From positions 224,001 through 288,000 of the forward strand of contig CAVWUU010000003.1 of NCBI GenBank assembly GCA_963758295.1: a stretch of 64,000 nucleotides of DNA, written 5' to 3'. Below are positions 36,852 to 45,448 of this stretch, piece after piece. The notes beneath the pieces were generated by a model that did no database searches, had not been told where the DNA came from, and was given only the letters and a program-made list of their open reading frames with translations. Position 1 is the first letter of the stretch. Every line of letters starts with the position of its first letter. The position numbers were made by a program, and so were the translations under genes. This DNA is from Candidatus Eremiobacteria bacterium (lineage in GTDB: Bacteria; Vulcanimicrobiota; Vulcanimicrobiia; Vulcanimicrobiales; Vulcanimicrobiaceae).

Positions 36852-37502
36852 ATGCAACAAGCGACGAAAATAGAAGAGCTCTTACGCGTTCCATCGCCGG
36901 CGCCGGCTCCGCAAGCACTGGCTTGCGACGGCGAAAACATTTGGATCGGCTCGTGGGAATCGCAGCGTATCTACGGCCTCGATCGCACGCATTTCACCGT
37001 CTTCGAAGAAACCGACGCGCCGGGCAAACCGGTGAGTGCCGTGAGTCTCGGAGACGAGTTACGGTTCGTTTTGGGTGAAGGCGAAGAAGACCATCGATTT
37101 ATCCGGCGCTACATTCCGGGACATGGATTCAAAGACAAAGACCGGCTCGCGTGCCCGGACGATACCGGTTCGTTTGTCGCCTACGACGGCGAGTGTTTGT
37201 GGCTCAGCCAGCGCTATAACAAACGGATTCTGGAACTCGATATTCACGGAAACGTGGCGAGCGAAATTCCTGCTCACGCACAGATTCTGGGCATCACGTG
37301 GCACGACGGCCGGCTTTATGTTTCTCTGTGGTACGGCGCTCGCGAAGGCGGCTGTCATATCGGCCGCGTGAGCGCCGATCGAAGCGGAGTCGATCCCGTC
37401 GCCGCCGTTCCTTTTGCGGCGATTTCCTTATCGCACGACGGCACACGCTTCTGGACAAACGACTCCAAAGCCAACGAAGTCGTCGCCTTTACACTGGGCT
37501 AA
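36852..37502 (+). CDS. Beta-propeller protein (glutaminyl cyclase-like)
   Basis: Repeated blades LACDGENIW, VAYDGECLW, ITWHDGRLY, LSHDGTRFW. Confidence 0.7.
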   Translation: MQQATKIEELLRVPSPAPAPQALACDGENIWIGSWESQRIYGLDRTHFTVFEETDAPGKPVSAVSLGDELRFVLGEGEEDHRFIRRYIPGHGFKDKDRLACPDDTGSFVAYDGECLWLSQRYNKRILELDIHGNVASEIPAHAQILGITWHDGRLYVSLWYGAREGGCHIGRVSADRSGVDPVAAVPFAAISLSHDGTRFWTNDSKANEVVAFTLG

Positions 37503-38115
37503 GCATGCCGCGCAGCGCCGAGGTCGCGATCTGTTTCGCGGCCTCGATGCCGACGCGTTCGGTATCGATCACCAAGTCGTACTTGCGCGCATCGTAGAGA
37601 TCGCACGCGAAGAAATGCTGCAGATATTTACGACGTAGCTCGTCGGTCCGGCGGATCCGCTCTGCGGCTTGTTCCTCGGTCCAATCAAAGCGCCGCATCA
37701 CCTGTTGAACGCGCCATGCCTTACGTGCGTGCAAGAAAATCGCGAAGAGATTCTGCGCGGCATTCGATCCCGTGAGCAGCAGTCGTCCGCCGTGGCCGAT
37801 GAGGACTACGTGTCCGCGCTCGGCTTCATCCAGGACGAGGCTGCGAATTTCATCGAGGACCGTGTGTTCGGTCGAGCGCCACTCCATCGCTTGAACGAGT
37901 GCCGTTGCGCGAGCGAGATCGCTCATGAACGAAGTGGCAAACGTCGGCGGCCGTTCATCGATGCGCTCGAGATAGTCGGCCGAAAATCCGCCGCGTTCTG
38001 CCAGGCGTTCGATGATCGTTCGCTCGTCGAGCAGCGTCGCACCAAGCTCGGCGGCTACGGCCTCACCAACGGAGAGGCCGCCGGCGCCCAGTTCCCGCTG
38101 GATGCTGACGATCAT
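37489..38115 (-). CDS. Cytidylate kinase-like family protein
   Basis: IVSIQRELGAGG..V, VLIGHGG, D..R, YDLVIDT. Confidence 0.85.
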   Translation of the reverse strand: MIVSIQRELGAGGLSVGEAVAAELGATLLDERTIIERLAERGGFSADYLERIDERPPTFATSFMSDLARATALVQAMEWRSTEHTVLDEIRSLVLDEAERGHVVLIGHGGRLLLTGSNAAQNLFAIFLHARKAWRVQQVMRRFDWTEEQAAERIRRTDELRRKYLQHFFACDLYDARKYDLVIDTERVGIEAAKQIATSALRGMLSPV

Positions 38116-38129
38116 ACGTTTAGTTTACC

Positions 38130-39413
38130 CTAGAAGTCGTTCATCGTAAGGTTCCCGCCGGCCCAAGCCGCATGGAACTTTGCGTCGTAGACGGCCGCTT
38201 CATCGGCGCGGCCCTCGCGCTCGAGTGTTTGCGCCATACCGAAGAGCAAGCGCGGGTCGGACGGACGACGCTGCAAGGCATCGGTGAACGCGGCGTTTGC
38301 GTCGTCGTAGCGGCCGGCACGGAAGTAGAGCGCGCCGAGGCGTTCGTCGGCGGGGTACACCGGCTGAAATTCCGAGGTGAAATACTGCCGCTGATAGGCG
38401 ATCGCCGCGGTTAATTCTTTAGCCGCATCATCGATTTTGCCGGCGCGTTCGTCGCGTTGCGCGTTACGAATCGCGACGTTGTCCGGACGCGCTCCGCCCA
38501 GTTGAAGTACCGTTGTGGGGTCGCTGAACATCTTATAGCGCGTCGCCCAGAGAGCGAGGCGCTGATCGTCGCCGCTGTAGACGGCAGCAAGCAGGCCCAC
38601 AAATGCATCGTGCTGCGCGTAGTGCTCGGGATGCAAATCCCACGCGCGTTCGCTTGAGGCGTCGGCGCTGCGACCGTCGCCGATTTCGAGCCATAAGTGG
38701 GCCGGCATATGGGCGAGGTGTTCGTCTTCAGGCGCGAACGTCAGTGCGTCGAGGCGTTGCGCGCACGGGATGGCCGGCGTTCGGTCCGGTGCGTTGTCGT
38801 AGAGATGAATGCAGAGATGGTTCGCCATGAGCTGCTGCGGTGAACGCGCGAGCACCGTCTGCATCGTGCGCAGAAGCTCGGCGCTCGAATCGCCCTGCGG
38901 CGTGCCGTCGGCGTTCCAATGCATGCCTTTGCGTTCGAGCAGCGCTTCTACGAAGAGCATCGCGGCATCGTCGTCGCTTGGATGCGAGGCGATGTACGCC
39001 CGCATTGCATCCTCGTAGGCAAGTTCGTCGTTCTGGCGATCGGCGAACGTGCCGGCGTACCGTTTTGCGACTGCATCGATGAGTGCACGATCGTCGGCTG
39101 AGGCATCGGGTTCGAGAGCTTGCGCCTTCGTGACGTCGGCTTGGGCACGGGCGAAGCGGTCTTCGGTGAGGCTGTCATTTAAATCGCTGCCGTCGGCCAA
39201 CGCTTTGCCCCAATACGCGATCGCAAGATGCGGGTCGCTGAGTGCTGCCGCATCGAAATCGACGGCAGCGCTCGCGCCGGCGTAGGCGTAGAGTTCGGTG
39301 AGTGCCGTATCGAAGCGCGCCTGCGCCAGCGGTGCGCTCGTCGCGACCGGCCGGTGCGCGCTGAAAGGCGTTGTTCCAACCACCGCTGCGAGGACCAACG
39401 CAACCGGCATCAT
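38130..39413 (-). CDS. Secreted TPR-repeat protein
   Basis: Signal peptide; DPHLAIAYWG; NHLCIHL; HLAHMPAH; C-terminal TPR repeats. Confidence 0.8.
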   Translation of the reverse strand: MMPVALVLAAVVGTTPFSAHRPVATSAPLAQARFDTALTELYAYAGASAAVDFDAAALSDPHLAIAYWGKALADGSDLNDSLTEDRFARAQADVTKAQALEPDASADDRALIDAVAKRYAGTFADRQNDELAYEDAMRAYIASHPSDDDAAMLFVEALLERKGMHWNADGTPQGDSSAELLRTMQTVLARSPQQLMANHLCIHLYDNAPDRTPAIPCAQRLDALTFAPEDEHLAHMPAHLWLEIGDGRSADASSERAWDLHPEHYAQHDAFVGLLAAVYSGDDQRLALWATRYKMFSDPTTVLQLGGARPDNVAIRNAQRDERAGKIDDAAKELTAAIAYQRQYFTSEFQPVYPADERLGALYFRAGRYDDANAAFTDALQRRPSDPRLLFGMAQTLEREGRADEAAVYDAKFHAAWAGGNLTMNDF

Positions 39414-39841
39414 ATGAAGAGCTGCTGCGGCCCCGCTTCGAACGCCGCGATTGCTTCCCGCCAGCGTTCCGGAATTGGAATAGTCGTGTGATTCACAAAG
39501 TCATAGGCCACGACGGTCGTGACGCCATAGGCCGCTCGCCGGTTCTTTGTGTTGCTCCAAATCTCGTAATAGAAGTCCCACGACTTGCCGCCGACGCGCG
39601 AAATCTTCACGCCGATTGCGATTTCTTCCCGATACTGCAGTTCGCGTTCGTAGGTGAAATTGATGGTGGCCTGGATCATGCCCATGTCACCGTTGATCGG
39701 CGTTTGCATCACGCGCGCGAAGTATTCGGCACGCACCATTTCACACCAGCGAATATATGCCACGTTGTTCACATGCTGCATCATGTCGACGTCGGAGAAC
39801 GGGATGGTGAAACGGGATACCAGCGGAAAGCCTTCGAGCAT
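39410..39841 (-). CDS. Acyl-CoA thioesterase (hotdog fold, 4HBT/YbgC family)
   Basis: FSDVDMMQHVNNVAYIRWCE..R. Confidence 0.88.
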   Translation of the reverse strand: MLEGFPLVSRFTIPFSDVDMMQHVNNVAYIRWCEMVRAEYFARVMQTPINGDMGMIQATINFTYERELQYREEIAIGVKISRVGGKSWDFYYEIWSNTKNRRAAYGVTTVVAYDFVNHTTIPIPERWREAIAAFEAGPQQLFI

Positions 39842-39932
39842 GGCCAGCTCGATTCTACCGTACGCGCTGGACAACATGCGCAGGATACGATAAACTCCCG
39901 TTTGTCCAACTCCGTGCCGCTCGGCGGCTTTC

Positions 39933-40007
39933 GGGCGCGTAGCTCAGTGGGAGAGCATCCGCTTCACACGCGGGGGGTCGTTGGTTCAATCCCAACCGTG
40001 CCCACCA
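39933..40007 (+). tRNA. tRNA-Val(CAC)
   Basis: GGGCGCG-TAGCTCAG..TCCGC-TTCACAC-GCGGG..GGTTCAATCCC..CGTGCCC-A-CCA. Confidence 0.96.
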
Positions 40008-40012
40008 TTTCG

Positions 40013-40047
40013 AAAAAGAGGAAAGCCTTACCGGGCTTTCCTTCTTT
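40013..40047. terminator. Bidirectional terminator after tRNA-Val(CAC)
   Basis: AAAAAGAGGAAAGCC-TTACCG-GGCTTTCCTTCTTT. Confidence 0.75.
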
Positions 40048-40065
40048 ATAACCGATCGCCGGCAT

Positions 40066-40356
40066 TCATTCGGATCTCTCGAGGGTTTGCTTGCCGTCCA
40101 GTCCGACTTTGAGAATTGGCTCGATCGAGTTCGGGATGCCCCGGCGCTTCGTACAAAGATTCAGCTCGGCGCCGTACCGGCGCAGCATTTCCATGTTAGC
40201 CGGTGACACTGGAAGCTTCGGCTGCCTGACCTTCGCCATGCAAGCTTCCAACGCGCTGAACTCGCGGTGCTGCGCCGCGACAACCGCGGGCGGGACGCGC
40301 ACGCACGCTGTCAGCACACACAGGCTCGCGAGGAGCAGAAGGGTTCCTCGTTTCAT
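40066..40356 (-). CDS. Small hypothetical lipoprotein
   Basis: MKRGTLLLLASLCVLTAC lipobox. Confidence 0.5.
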   Translation of the reverse strand: MKRGTLLLLASLCVLTACVRVPPAVVAAQHREFSALEACMAKVRQPKLPVSPANMEMLRRYGAELNLCTKRRGIPNSIEPILKVGLDGKQTLERSE

Positions 40357-40376
40357 CGTGGAGTGGTTCTTTGCGC

Positions 40377-40405
40377 TTGACCGAGCGCCTTCGGTAGGGT
40401 ACACT
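40377..40405 (+). promoter_or_regulatory. Sigma70 promoter for tRNA-Asp
   Basis: TTGACC-N17-TACACT. Confidence 0.75.
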
Positions 40406-40448
40406 CTCGCCTTGTGGCGAAACGACGTCACACGAGCAAGATGGCGAT

Positions 40449-40525
40449 GGCGCTGTAGCTCAGTTGGTTAGAGCGCCGCCCTGTCACGGCGGAGGTCATG
40501 GGTTCGAGCCCCACCAGCGTCGCCA
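40449..40525 (+). tRNA. tRNA-Asp(GTC)
   Basis: GGCGCTG-TAGCTCAGTTGGTTAGAGC..CCGCC-CTGTCAC-GGCGG..GGTTCGAGCCC..CAGCGTC-G-CCA. Confidence 0.96.
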
Positions 40526-40529
40526 TTCT

Positions 40530-40571
40530 AAGGAGTTCCGGTTATAAACGTACCGGGACTCCTTTGTTTTT
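40530..40571 (+). terminator. Terminator after tRNA-Asp
   Basis: AAGGAGTTCCGGT...ACCGGGACTCCTT followed by TGTTTTT. Confidence 0.75.
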
Positions 40572-40679
40572 GTCTCCTCACAGGCGCTGGTCATTGCACC
40601 GAGGTACCGTACTAAGGACGGAGATTGAGGGTGCGCAACGTTGACATGAGCGGGTCGTTGGCTCAGAGGAGACCATCTT

Positions 40680-41129
40680 ATGATGCTTGGGCGGATAGCG
40701 CTAGTCGCGCTTCTCGCACTTTCAATATGGAGCGCCGCCGGTGTTGCAATCGCGGCGGAAACCACATATACGTTGCCCCAAGACTTGCACTGGATTCCCG
40801 ACAGGACTAATGGCGCGCCTCCCGGCGCTTTCTACGCGGTTCTTCACGGGAAGGATAGCGATAAATGCGGTGAGCTCGTGCGAGAGAAGTTCCCCGACGG
40901 GTTCGTTTACCCGTGGCACGTAAACAAAACGTATAACATTTACACGGTGCTTAGCGGAACACTCGTCATCGGTTTTAGCAAGCGTCATAGCAAATCAGCC
41001 GAGAAGGTTTTGTCTTTCGGTTCCGTTATGCAAGGGCTCGACGCCGAGCCGCACTACGGTCGCGCTATTGGCGAAACCGTTTTTGACGTGTACGGCCCTC
41101 CATGCGAGATGTTGAAGAAAACAAAGTAG
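40680..41129 (+). CDS. Secreted cupin-fold protein (DUF4437-like)
   Basis: Signal peptide; AVLHG..KFPDGF.YPWH..TVLSGTL..G..PHYG; GAGGAG RBS. Confidence 0.75.
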   Translation: MMLGRIALVALLALSIWSAAGVAIAAETTYTLPQDLHWIPDRTNGAPPGAFYAVLHGKDSDKCGELVREKFPDGFVYPWHVNKTYNIYTVLSGTLVIGFSKRHSKSAEKVLSFGSVMQGLDAEPHYGRAIGETVFDVYGPPCEMLKKTK

Positions 41130-41182
41130 GCCGCCCTGTCACGGCGGAAGTCATGGGCTCCATGCCTCACCAGCGCGCCATT
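41130..41182 (+). repeat. Degenerate direct repeat of the tRNA-Asp 3' half (att-like)
   Basis: GCCGCCCTGTCACGGCGGA is identical to 40475-40493, then GTCATGGG..CACCAGCG.CGCCATT aligns to the tRNA end with a few mismatches. Confidence 0.9.
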
Positions 41183-41184
41183 TG

Positions 41185-41218
41185 AAAATCCCCGGTACCT
41201 TTGTGCCGGGGCATTTTT
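41185..41218 (+). terminator. Terminator after the tRNA fragment
   Basis: CCCCGGTAC-CTTT-GTGCCGGGG followed by CATTTTT. Confidence 0.7.
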
Positions 41219-41266
41219 GTTCTATACTAGCAGCCTGCCTAGTAATGCGCTCAAGAGAGGTGCATC

Positions 41267-41536
41267 ATGTTCGTTTCTGTGATCCATCGCATTAGCGACC
41301 CCGATCGTTTCTTTGAAATGGCCGGCGGCACTGCCGGTCAACTCCCTTCCGATTTGCGCTTACCACAATCCATCAGCAATGCAGATCGCTCCACAACCAT
41401 TTGTCTTTGGGAGGCGCCGTCTGTAGCGCGCGTGCGAGAGTTTCTCGAACCCCTTACAGCCGGCATTTGCGAAAACGAGTACGCCGAAGTCAGCGTCGCT
41501 TTGTCCAGTGGCCTACCGGCCGCCACGGTCGTGTAA
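41267..41536 (+). CDS. Small ferredoxin-like alpha/beta protein (DUF4242/DUF3303-like)
   Basis: GAGAGG RBS; VIHRISDP..F..CLWEAPS. Confidence 0.7.
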   Translation: MFVSVIHRISDPDRFFEMAGGTAGQLPSDLRLPQSISNADRSTTICLWEAPSVARVREFLEPLTAGICENEYAEVSVALSSGLPAATVV

Positions 41537-41560
41537 CTCGCTCTCTTCGTTTCCCTAATG

Positions 41561-41593
41561 AAGAAACCCGGACGTCAGGTCCCGGGCTTCTTT
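41561..41593. terminator. Probable bidirectional terminator
   Basis: AAGAAACCCGG...CCGGGCTTCTTT. Confidence 0.55.
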
Positions 41594-42285
41594 GGTATAG
41601 GATTCTACTCGCATACGTGTCTGGAACAGGCTCACTCAGTAAATCCATACCGCTTGCGGAGTTGCGCATTACCGTGATGGCGCGTGCGTTCTTACGCTGG
41701 AGGTTGGCCTCAATGAACCAGCCGGATGGCGCATTTGCATCGACGTCGCAATAGCAAACCACTCGCACCGGATATGTGGGCCCACCATTTTCGCGCTCGA
41801 CTGCCGGGCAATGACGGTCGTTCGTGCACCACATGATGACTTGCCAACGATAACCGGTAGGATTGCGCTTCACTAGATTGGAGACGCCGTCTACCCGTTT
41901 GGCGAGTTGTATTGCGGCCGTGTCGCCGTGGACATATTCGCCGGTGAACAGCTCACCATTGCCGTGGGCAGCTTCGACGGGTGTGTCGATTTCCAGCTCT
42001 GGTCTAATTGAAATAACGGAGGCAACTGCTAATTGTTCCGCCGCAGAACGGTTCCCAGTCCGGCGGAATCAATAGCGTTTCTCCGCAGCAGGCGCAGTTG
42101 GTCCACACCGCTTCGCCGTCTTTGAACGCGTTATCCGGGTCTCCACGCCGGACGTAACGCTTGTCGTCGTCTGAAAACATAAGAGGCCAGGATATTACCA
42201 TCACGGCCTCCATGTCAATATTTTACCGGGGATCGTCGTATAAGTAAGTCCGTCACGGCTTTACGCGTTCGTTCATTGCACGTGC

Positions 42286-42945
42286 ATGAAGGTACGCGCA
42301 AATCGTCTTTTGGTTTCTGCCCTCGGACTTTCGGCGTGCGTGCATTTTGCGTTCGCCATTGCCGTTCGGCCGATGCCGGCCATTGCTGCGCACGAAGAGC
42401 GGCCTCCGACACACATCTACATCATAAAACGACAGCCGCCGCCTGCACCGAAGCCAACTCCGCCGCCACCGATGAAACCACAAGTTGCCGTGCATGCTGC
42501 TCGAGCGCACAAGACTGCGCCGTTTCATCCACGTTTGATCGCGACGAAGAATCGTCCTGACGCGCCCACAGAATCACCTGTTGTTGCGAAAGCCCCGCTT
42601 TCAGAAGGGCTTTCAGCGCCTGGTCCGGCGGCGAGCGCGGCGCCGGCCGCAACGGCAATCCCAAAGCCCTCGTGTTCAACGCCGTTTGCGCCCGCTGTTG
42701 CAACCGACCCCGTTTCAGCAACGGTGCCCGACGGTTTCGAAGGCGAGAGTGCCGTCGCTCAGGTTCGCGTAACGCTCGATGCTGCCGGAAATGTGACAGA
42801 TGCAGCCATCTATCGCTCGGCCGGGAACGTCTTATTGGATCGCTCGGCTCTCGCGGCTGCGAAACTATCACGCTATCGCGCTGAGATTCGCGATTGCGAA
42901 CCGGCCGGCGGTTCGTATCTCTTCACCGTGGAGTTTCAATCGTAA
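42286..42945 (+). CDS. TonB family protein
   Basis: N-terminal TM helix with S..VH; Pro-rich linker; C-terminal V.V.LD..G.V....I.RSAG..LLDRSAL.AA. Confidence 0.8.
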   Translation: MKVRANRLLVSALGLSACVHFAFAIAVRPMPAIAAHEERPPTHIYIIKRQPPPAPKPTPPPPMKPQVAVHAARAHKTAPFHPRLIATKNRPDAPTESPVVAKAPLSEGLSAPGPAASAAPAATAIPKPSCSTPFAPAVATDPVSATVPDGFEGESAVAQVRVTLDAAGNVTDAAIYRSAGNVLLDRSALAAAKLSRYRAEIRDCEPAGGSYLFTVEFQS

Positions 42946-42965
42946 CGCGCCGCGAGGAGTATGTG

Positions 42966-43838
42966 ATGGTCCGATCGTTCACCTTAGCCGCCCTTCTATT
43001 TGCGTTGGCCGCTTCGCCGGCGCCAAGTGCGCCGTTGGATGCGAGCGCATTCAGCTATAGCGCCGATGCGCCGCTGAATATCAGCTACGGAAGCACGACT
43101 ACACGCGAGGGTATTGCAGTGCGCGCGATTTCCTTCACATCCAAGACGCATCGCGTAACGGGCAATATCATCCAAGGTGCGGGCAACGATCCGCATCCGG
43201 GGGTGCTGTGGGTGCACTGGCTTGGCGATCCCGCGACGACAAATCACACGGAATTCGAAAAAGACGCGGTGACGCTTGCGCACCGCGGCGTGACGTCTTT
43301 GCTCATCGATGCGATGTGGTCGGCGCCGAATTGGTTCGACAAGGGCCGCACGACCCGCACCGACTACGCCAACTCCGTCACTCAAGTCGTCGATCTTCGT
43401 CGTTCGCTTGACGTGCTGCTTGCGCAACGGAATATTGCCAAAGATCGCATCGCGTATGTAGGGCACGACTTCGGCTCGATGTACGGAGCGGTGCTCTCCG
43501 GCGTCGATTCGCGAGCGAAAATCTACGTCTTGATGGCCGGCACTACCTCGTTCTCGGAATGGTATTTGCTCGGTGCCAAACCGGCAAACGTGCAAGGCTA
43601 CGTCGAAGAAATGAAACCGCTCGATCCTCTTCCGTACCTTACGCGTTCAAAAGCGCGCGCATTCTACTTCCAGTTTAGCGCGCGCGATAAGTACATCGCG
43701 CGGGACCGCGCCTTCGCGTTCTTCAATGCCGCGCCGCTCCCGCGTGCGATGGCGTTGTACGAGGTCGATCATTCACTCGCAACGCCCGCCGCATATGCCG
43801 ATCGGATTACGTGGCTGGAAGAGAAGCTCGGCGTCTAG
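42966..43838 (+). CDS. Secreted alpha/beta hydrolase-fold protein
   Basis: Signal peptide; VHWLG; YVGHDFG elbow with Asp in the nucleophile position; C-terminal His. Confidence 0.7.
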   Translation: MVRSFTLAALLFALAASPAPSAPLDASAFSYSADAPLNISYGSTTTREGIAVRAISFTSKTHRVTGNIIQGAGNDPHPGVLWVHWLGDPATTNHTEFEKDAVTLAHRGVTSLLIDAMWSAPNWFDKGRTTRTDYANSVTQVVDLRRSLDVLLAQRNIAKDRIAYVGHDFGSMYGAVLSGVDSRAKIYVLMAGTTSFSEWYLLGAKPANVQGYVEEMKPLDPLPYLTRSKARAFYFQFSARDKYIARDRAFAFFNAAPLPRAMALYEVDHSLATPAAYADRITWLEEKLGV

Positions 43839-44170
43839 TAGAGACGAACGCCGTTCGGGACATCGTCAAAATCCGGCCGAATCAGCACGACGTTTCCTTC
43901 GGGGTCGTCCACGCCCAAAACCAGAACATCGCTCGTGAAATCAGCGATGCGTTTCGGCGGGAAATTGATGACACCAAGAACGCGCCGTCCGACGAGATCC
44001 GCGCAATCATAACGCTGCGTTATTTGCGCGCTGGACCGGCGTACACCGATCTCGCCGCCGAAATCTATCGTAAGTTGATAAGCGGGCTTTCGAGCTTTCA
44101 GAAAAGGCTCGGCTGCGACAATAGTCCCTACGCGAATATCGACGGCGTCAAAAGCGTCCAACGTGTTCAC
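43835..44170 (-). CDS. csaA: tRNA-binding protein / secretion chaperone CsaA
   Basis: F..VDIRVGTI, ARKPAY, SSAQIT, VINFPPK.IA.F.S.VLVLG. Confidence 0.9.
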   Translation of the reverse strand: MNTLDAFDAVDIRVGTIVAAEPFLKARKPAYQLTIDFGGEIGVRRSSAQITQRYDCADLVGRRVLGVINFPPKRIADFTSDVLVLGVDDPEGNVVLIRPDFDDVPNGVRLY

Positions 44171-44324
44171 GGAATTCCGTTTCTCAGAAAGGTCCTGACC
44201 CCCCCTTATCGAACCCAGCGCGGTCGCCCGGTGACGAACGCTCGTTCTCGAGGGCACGAACAGGAAGTTCGTGCTGTTTTCACCCGGGACGGCGGCGTCC
44301 GAGGCGTAGGGCTCGGTGAAATAT

Positions 44325-44400
44325 GCCAAGGTAGCTCAGTCGGTAGAGCACGCGCCTGAAAAGTGCGGTGTCGCCGGTTCGATTCCGGCCCTTGGCACCA
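44325..44400 (+). tRNA. tRNA-Phe(GAA)
   Basis: GCCAAGG-TAGCTCAG..CGCGC-CTGAAAA-GTGCG..GGTTCGATTCC..CCTTGGC-A-CCA. Confidence 0.96.
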
Positions 44401-44407
44401 CTTCGGG

Positions 44408-44441
44408 AAAGCCCGGAAGCGTAAATTGCTCCCGGGCTTTT
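44408..44441 (+). terminator. Terminator after tRNA-Phe
   Basis: AAAGCCCGGAAGC-GTAAATT-GCTCCCGGGCTTTT. Confidence 0.75.
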
Positions 44442-44555
44442 GCATTGGAGTGGCCGGCGTAGTCCGGAAAGACCATGCGCGAACGCACGAGAATGCGGAT
44501 CGGCGTTGAATCTAGAGGCCAGGCAGCCGATAATTCGATTGGCGGGTCATCGATT

Positions 44556-45398
44556 GTGAAAGGGACAGCATTGTTCGGTCGCTTCTTTCGTTTTGTTTTT
44601 GTTCCGGCGCTGGTCGCCTCGACCGCACTCGCGGCGCTGCCCGCCACGGCGGCCCCGTTGAATGTCGGCTCGGACGTGTCGTACGCGCCGCTTGAGTTTT
44701 ACGGCTCGGCACATCAGATGCAAGGCTTCGATATCGATCTCGCGCACGCGCTGAGCGCGAAGCTCGGAACGGCCGTCTCCATCAAAAACCACCAATTTGA
44801 TTCGCTCCTCGGCGACGTCGCTCACGGACAAATCGACCTTGGAATCTCCGCCATCTCCGACACGCGCGCTCGCGAGAAGCAAGTCGACTTCGTCGATTAT
44901 CTGCTCGCCGGCAGCGGCATGTTGGTCCCGGCCGGTAATCCCAAACATGTTTTCGATCTCCGCGCACTCTGCGGGTTGAAAGTCGACGTGCAGAAAGGCA
45001 CGTCGCAAGAGACGGACCTAGAGGCGCAGTCCAAGCGCTGCGAAGCCGTGCACTTGGCGCCCATTTCGATCGTGAGCTTCAAAACCGACGATGAAGGCTT
45101 TACGGCATTTCGCGCGGGCAAGTCCGACGTGCACGTGACCGATTATCCGGTCGTCGCCTACCTGGCAAAGACGGCGTCCGGCGGGGAGAAATACGAAGTT
45201 GCGGGACGCCAGTTCGCCCTGGTCCCATACGGCATTGCCGTCAAGAAAGGAAACGCCGCGCTGCGCGGCCGGCTCGTCGACGCCATGCACTCCGTGATCG
45301 CCGACGGCACGTATCAGAAGCTGTTGAAGAAGTGGGGGCTTGAACAAGGCGCATTACGAAGCGCGCCGCTCAACGCCGGAACGCTCTTCGAGAAATAA
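44556..45398 (+). CDS. Polar amino acid ABC transporter substrate-binding protein (SBP_bac_3), orphan
   Basis: VGSDVSYAPLEF, GFDIDLA, DT.AREKQVDFVDY, VQKGT, YGIAV.K, DGTY..LL.KWG; start uncertain. Confidence 0.88.
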   Translation: MKGTALFGRFFRFVFVPALVASTALAALPATAAPLNVGSDVSYAPLEFYGSAHQMQGFDIDLAHALSAKLGTAVSIKNHQFDSLLGDVAHGQIDLGISAISDTRAREKQVDFVDYLLAGSGMLVPAGNPKHVFDLRALCGLKVDVQKGTSQETDLEAQSKRCEAVHLAPISIVSFKTDDEGFTAFRAGKSDVHVTDYPVVAYLAKTASGGEKYEVAGRQFALVPYGIAVKKGNAALRGRLVDAMHSVIADGTYQKLLKKWGLEQGALRSAPLNAGTLFEK

Positions 45399-45414
45399 GT
45401 CGATCGAGAAAGAA

Positions 45415-45448
45415 AGAAGCCCCGCGAATGCGGGGCTTCTTTTATTTT
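45415..45448. terminator. Bidirectional terminator between convergent genes
   Basis: AAGAAGCCCCGC-GAAT-GCGGGGCTTCTTTT. Confidence 0.8.

Noticed and set aside
42252..42259. GTCACGGC matching the tRNA-Asp anticodon arm, as a possible third att site
   Set aside because: Only 8 bp in GC-rich DNA with no flanking similarity; expected by chance.
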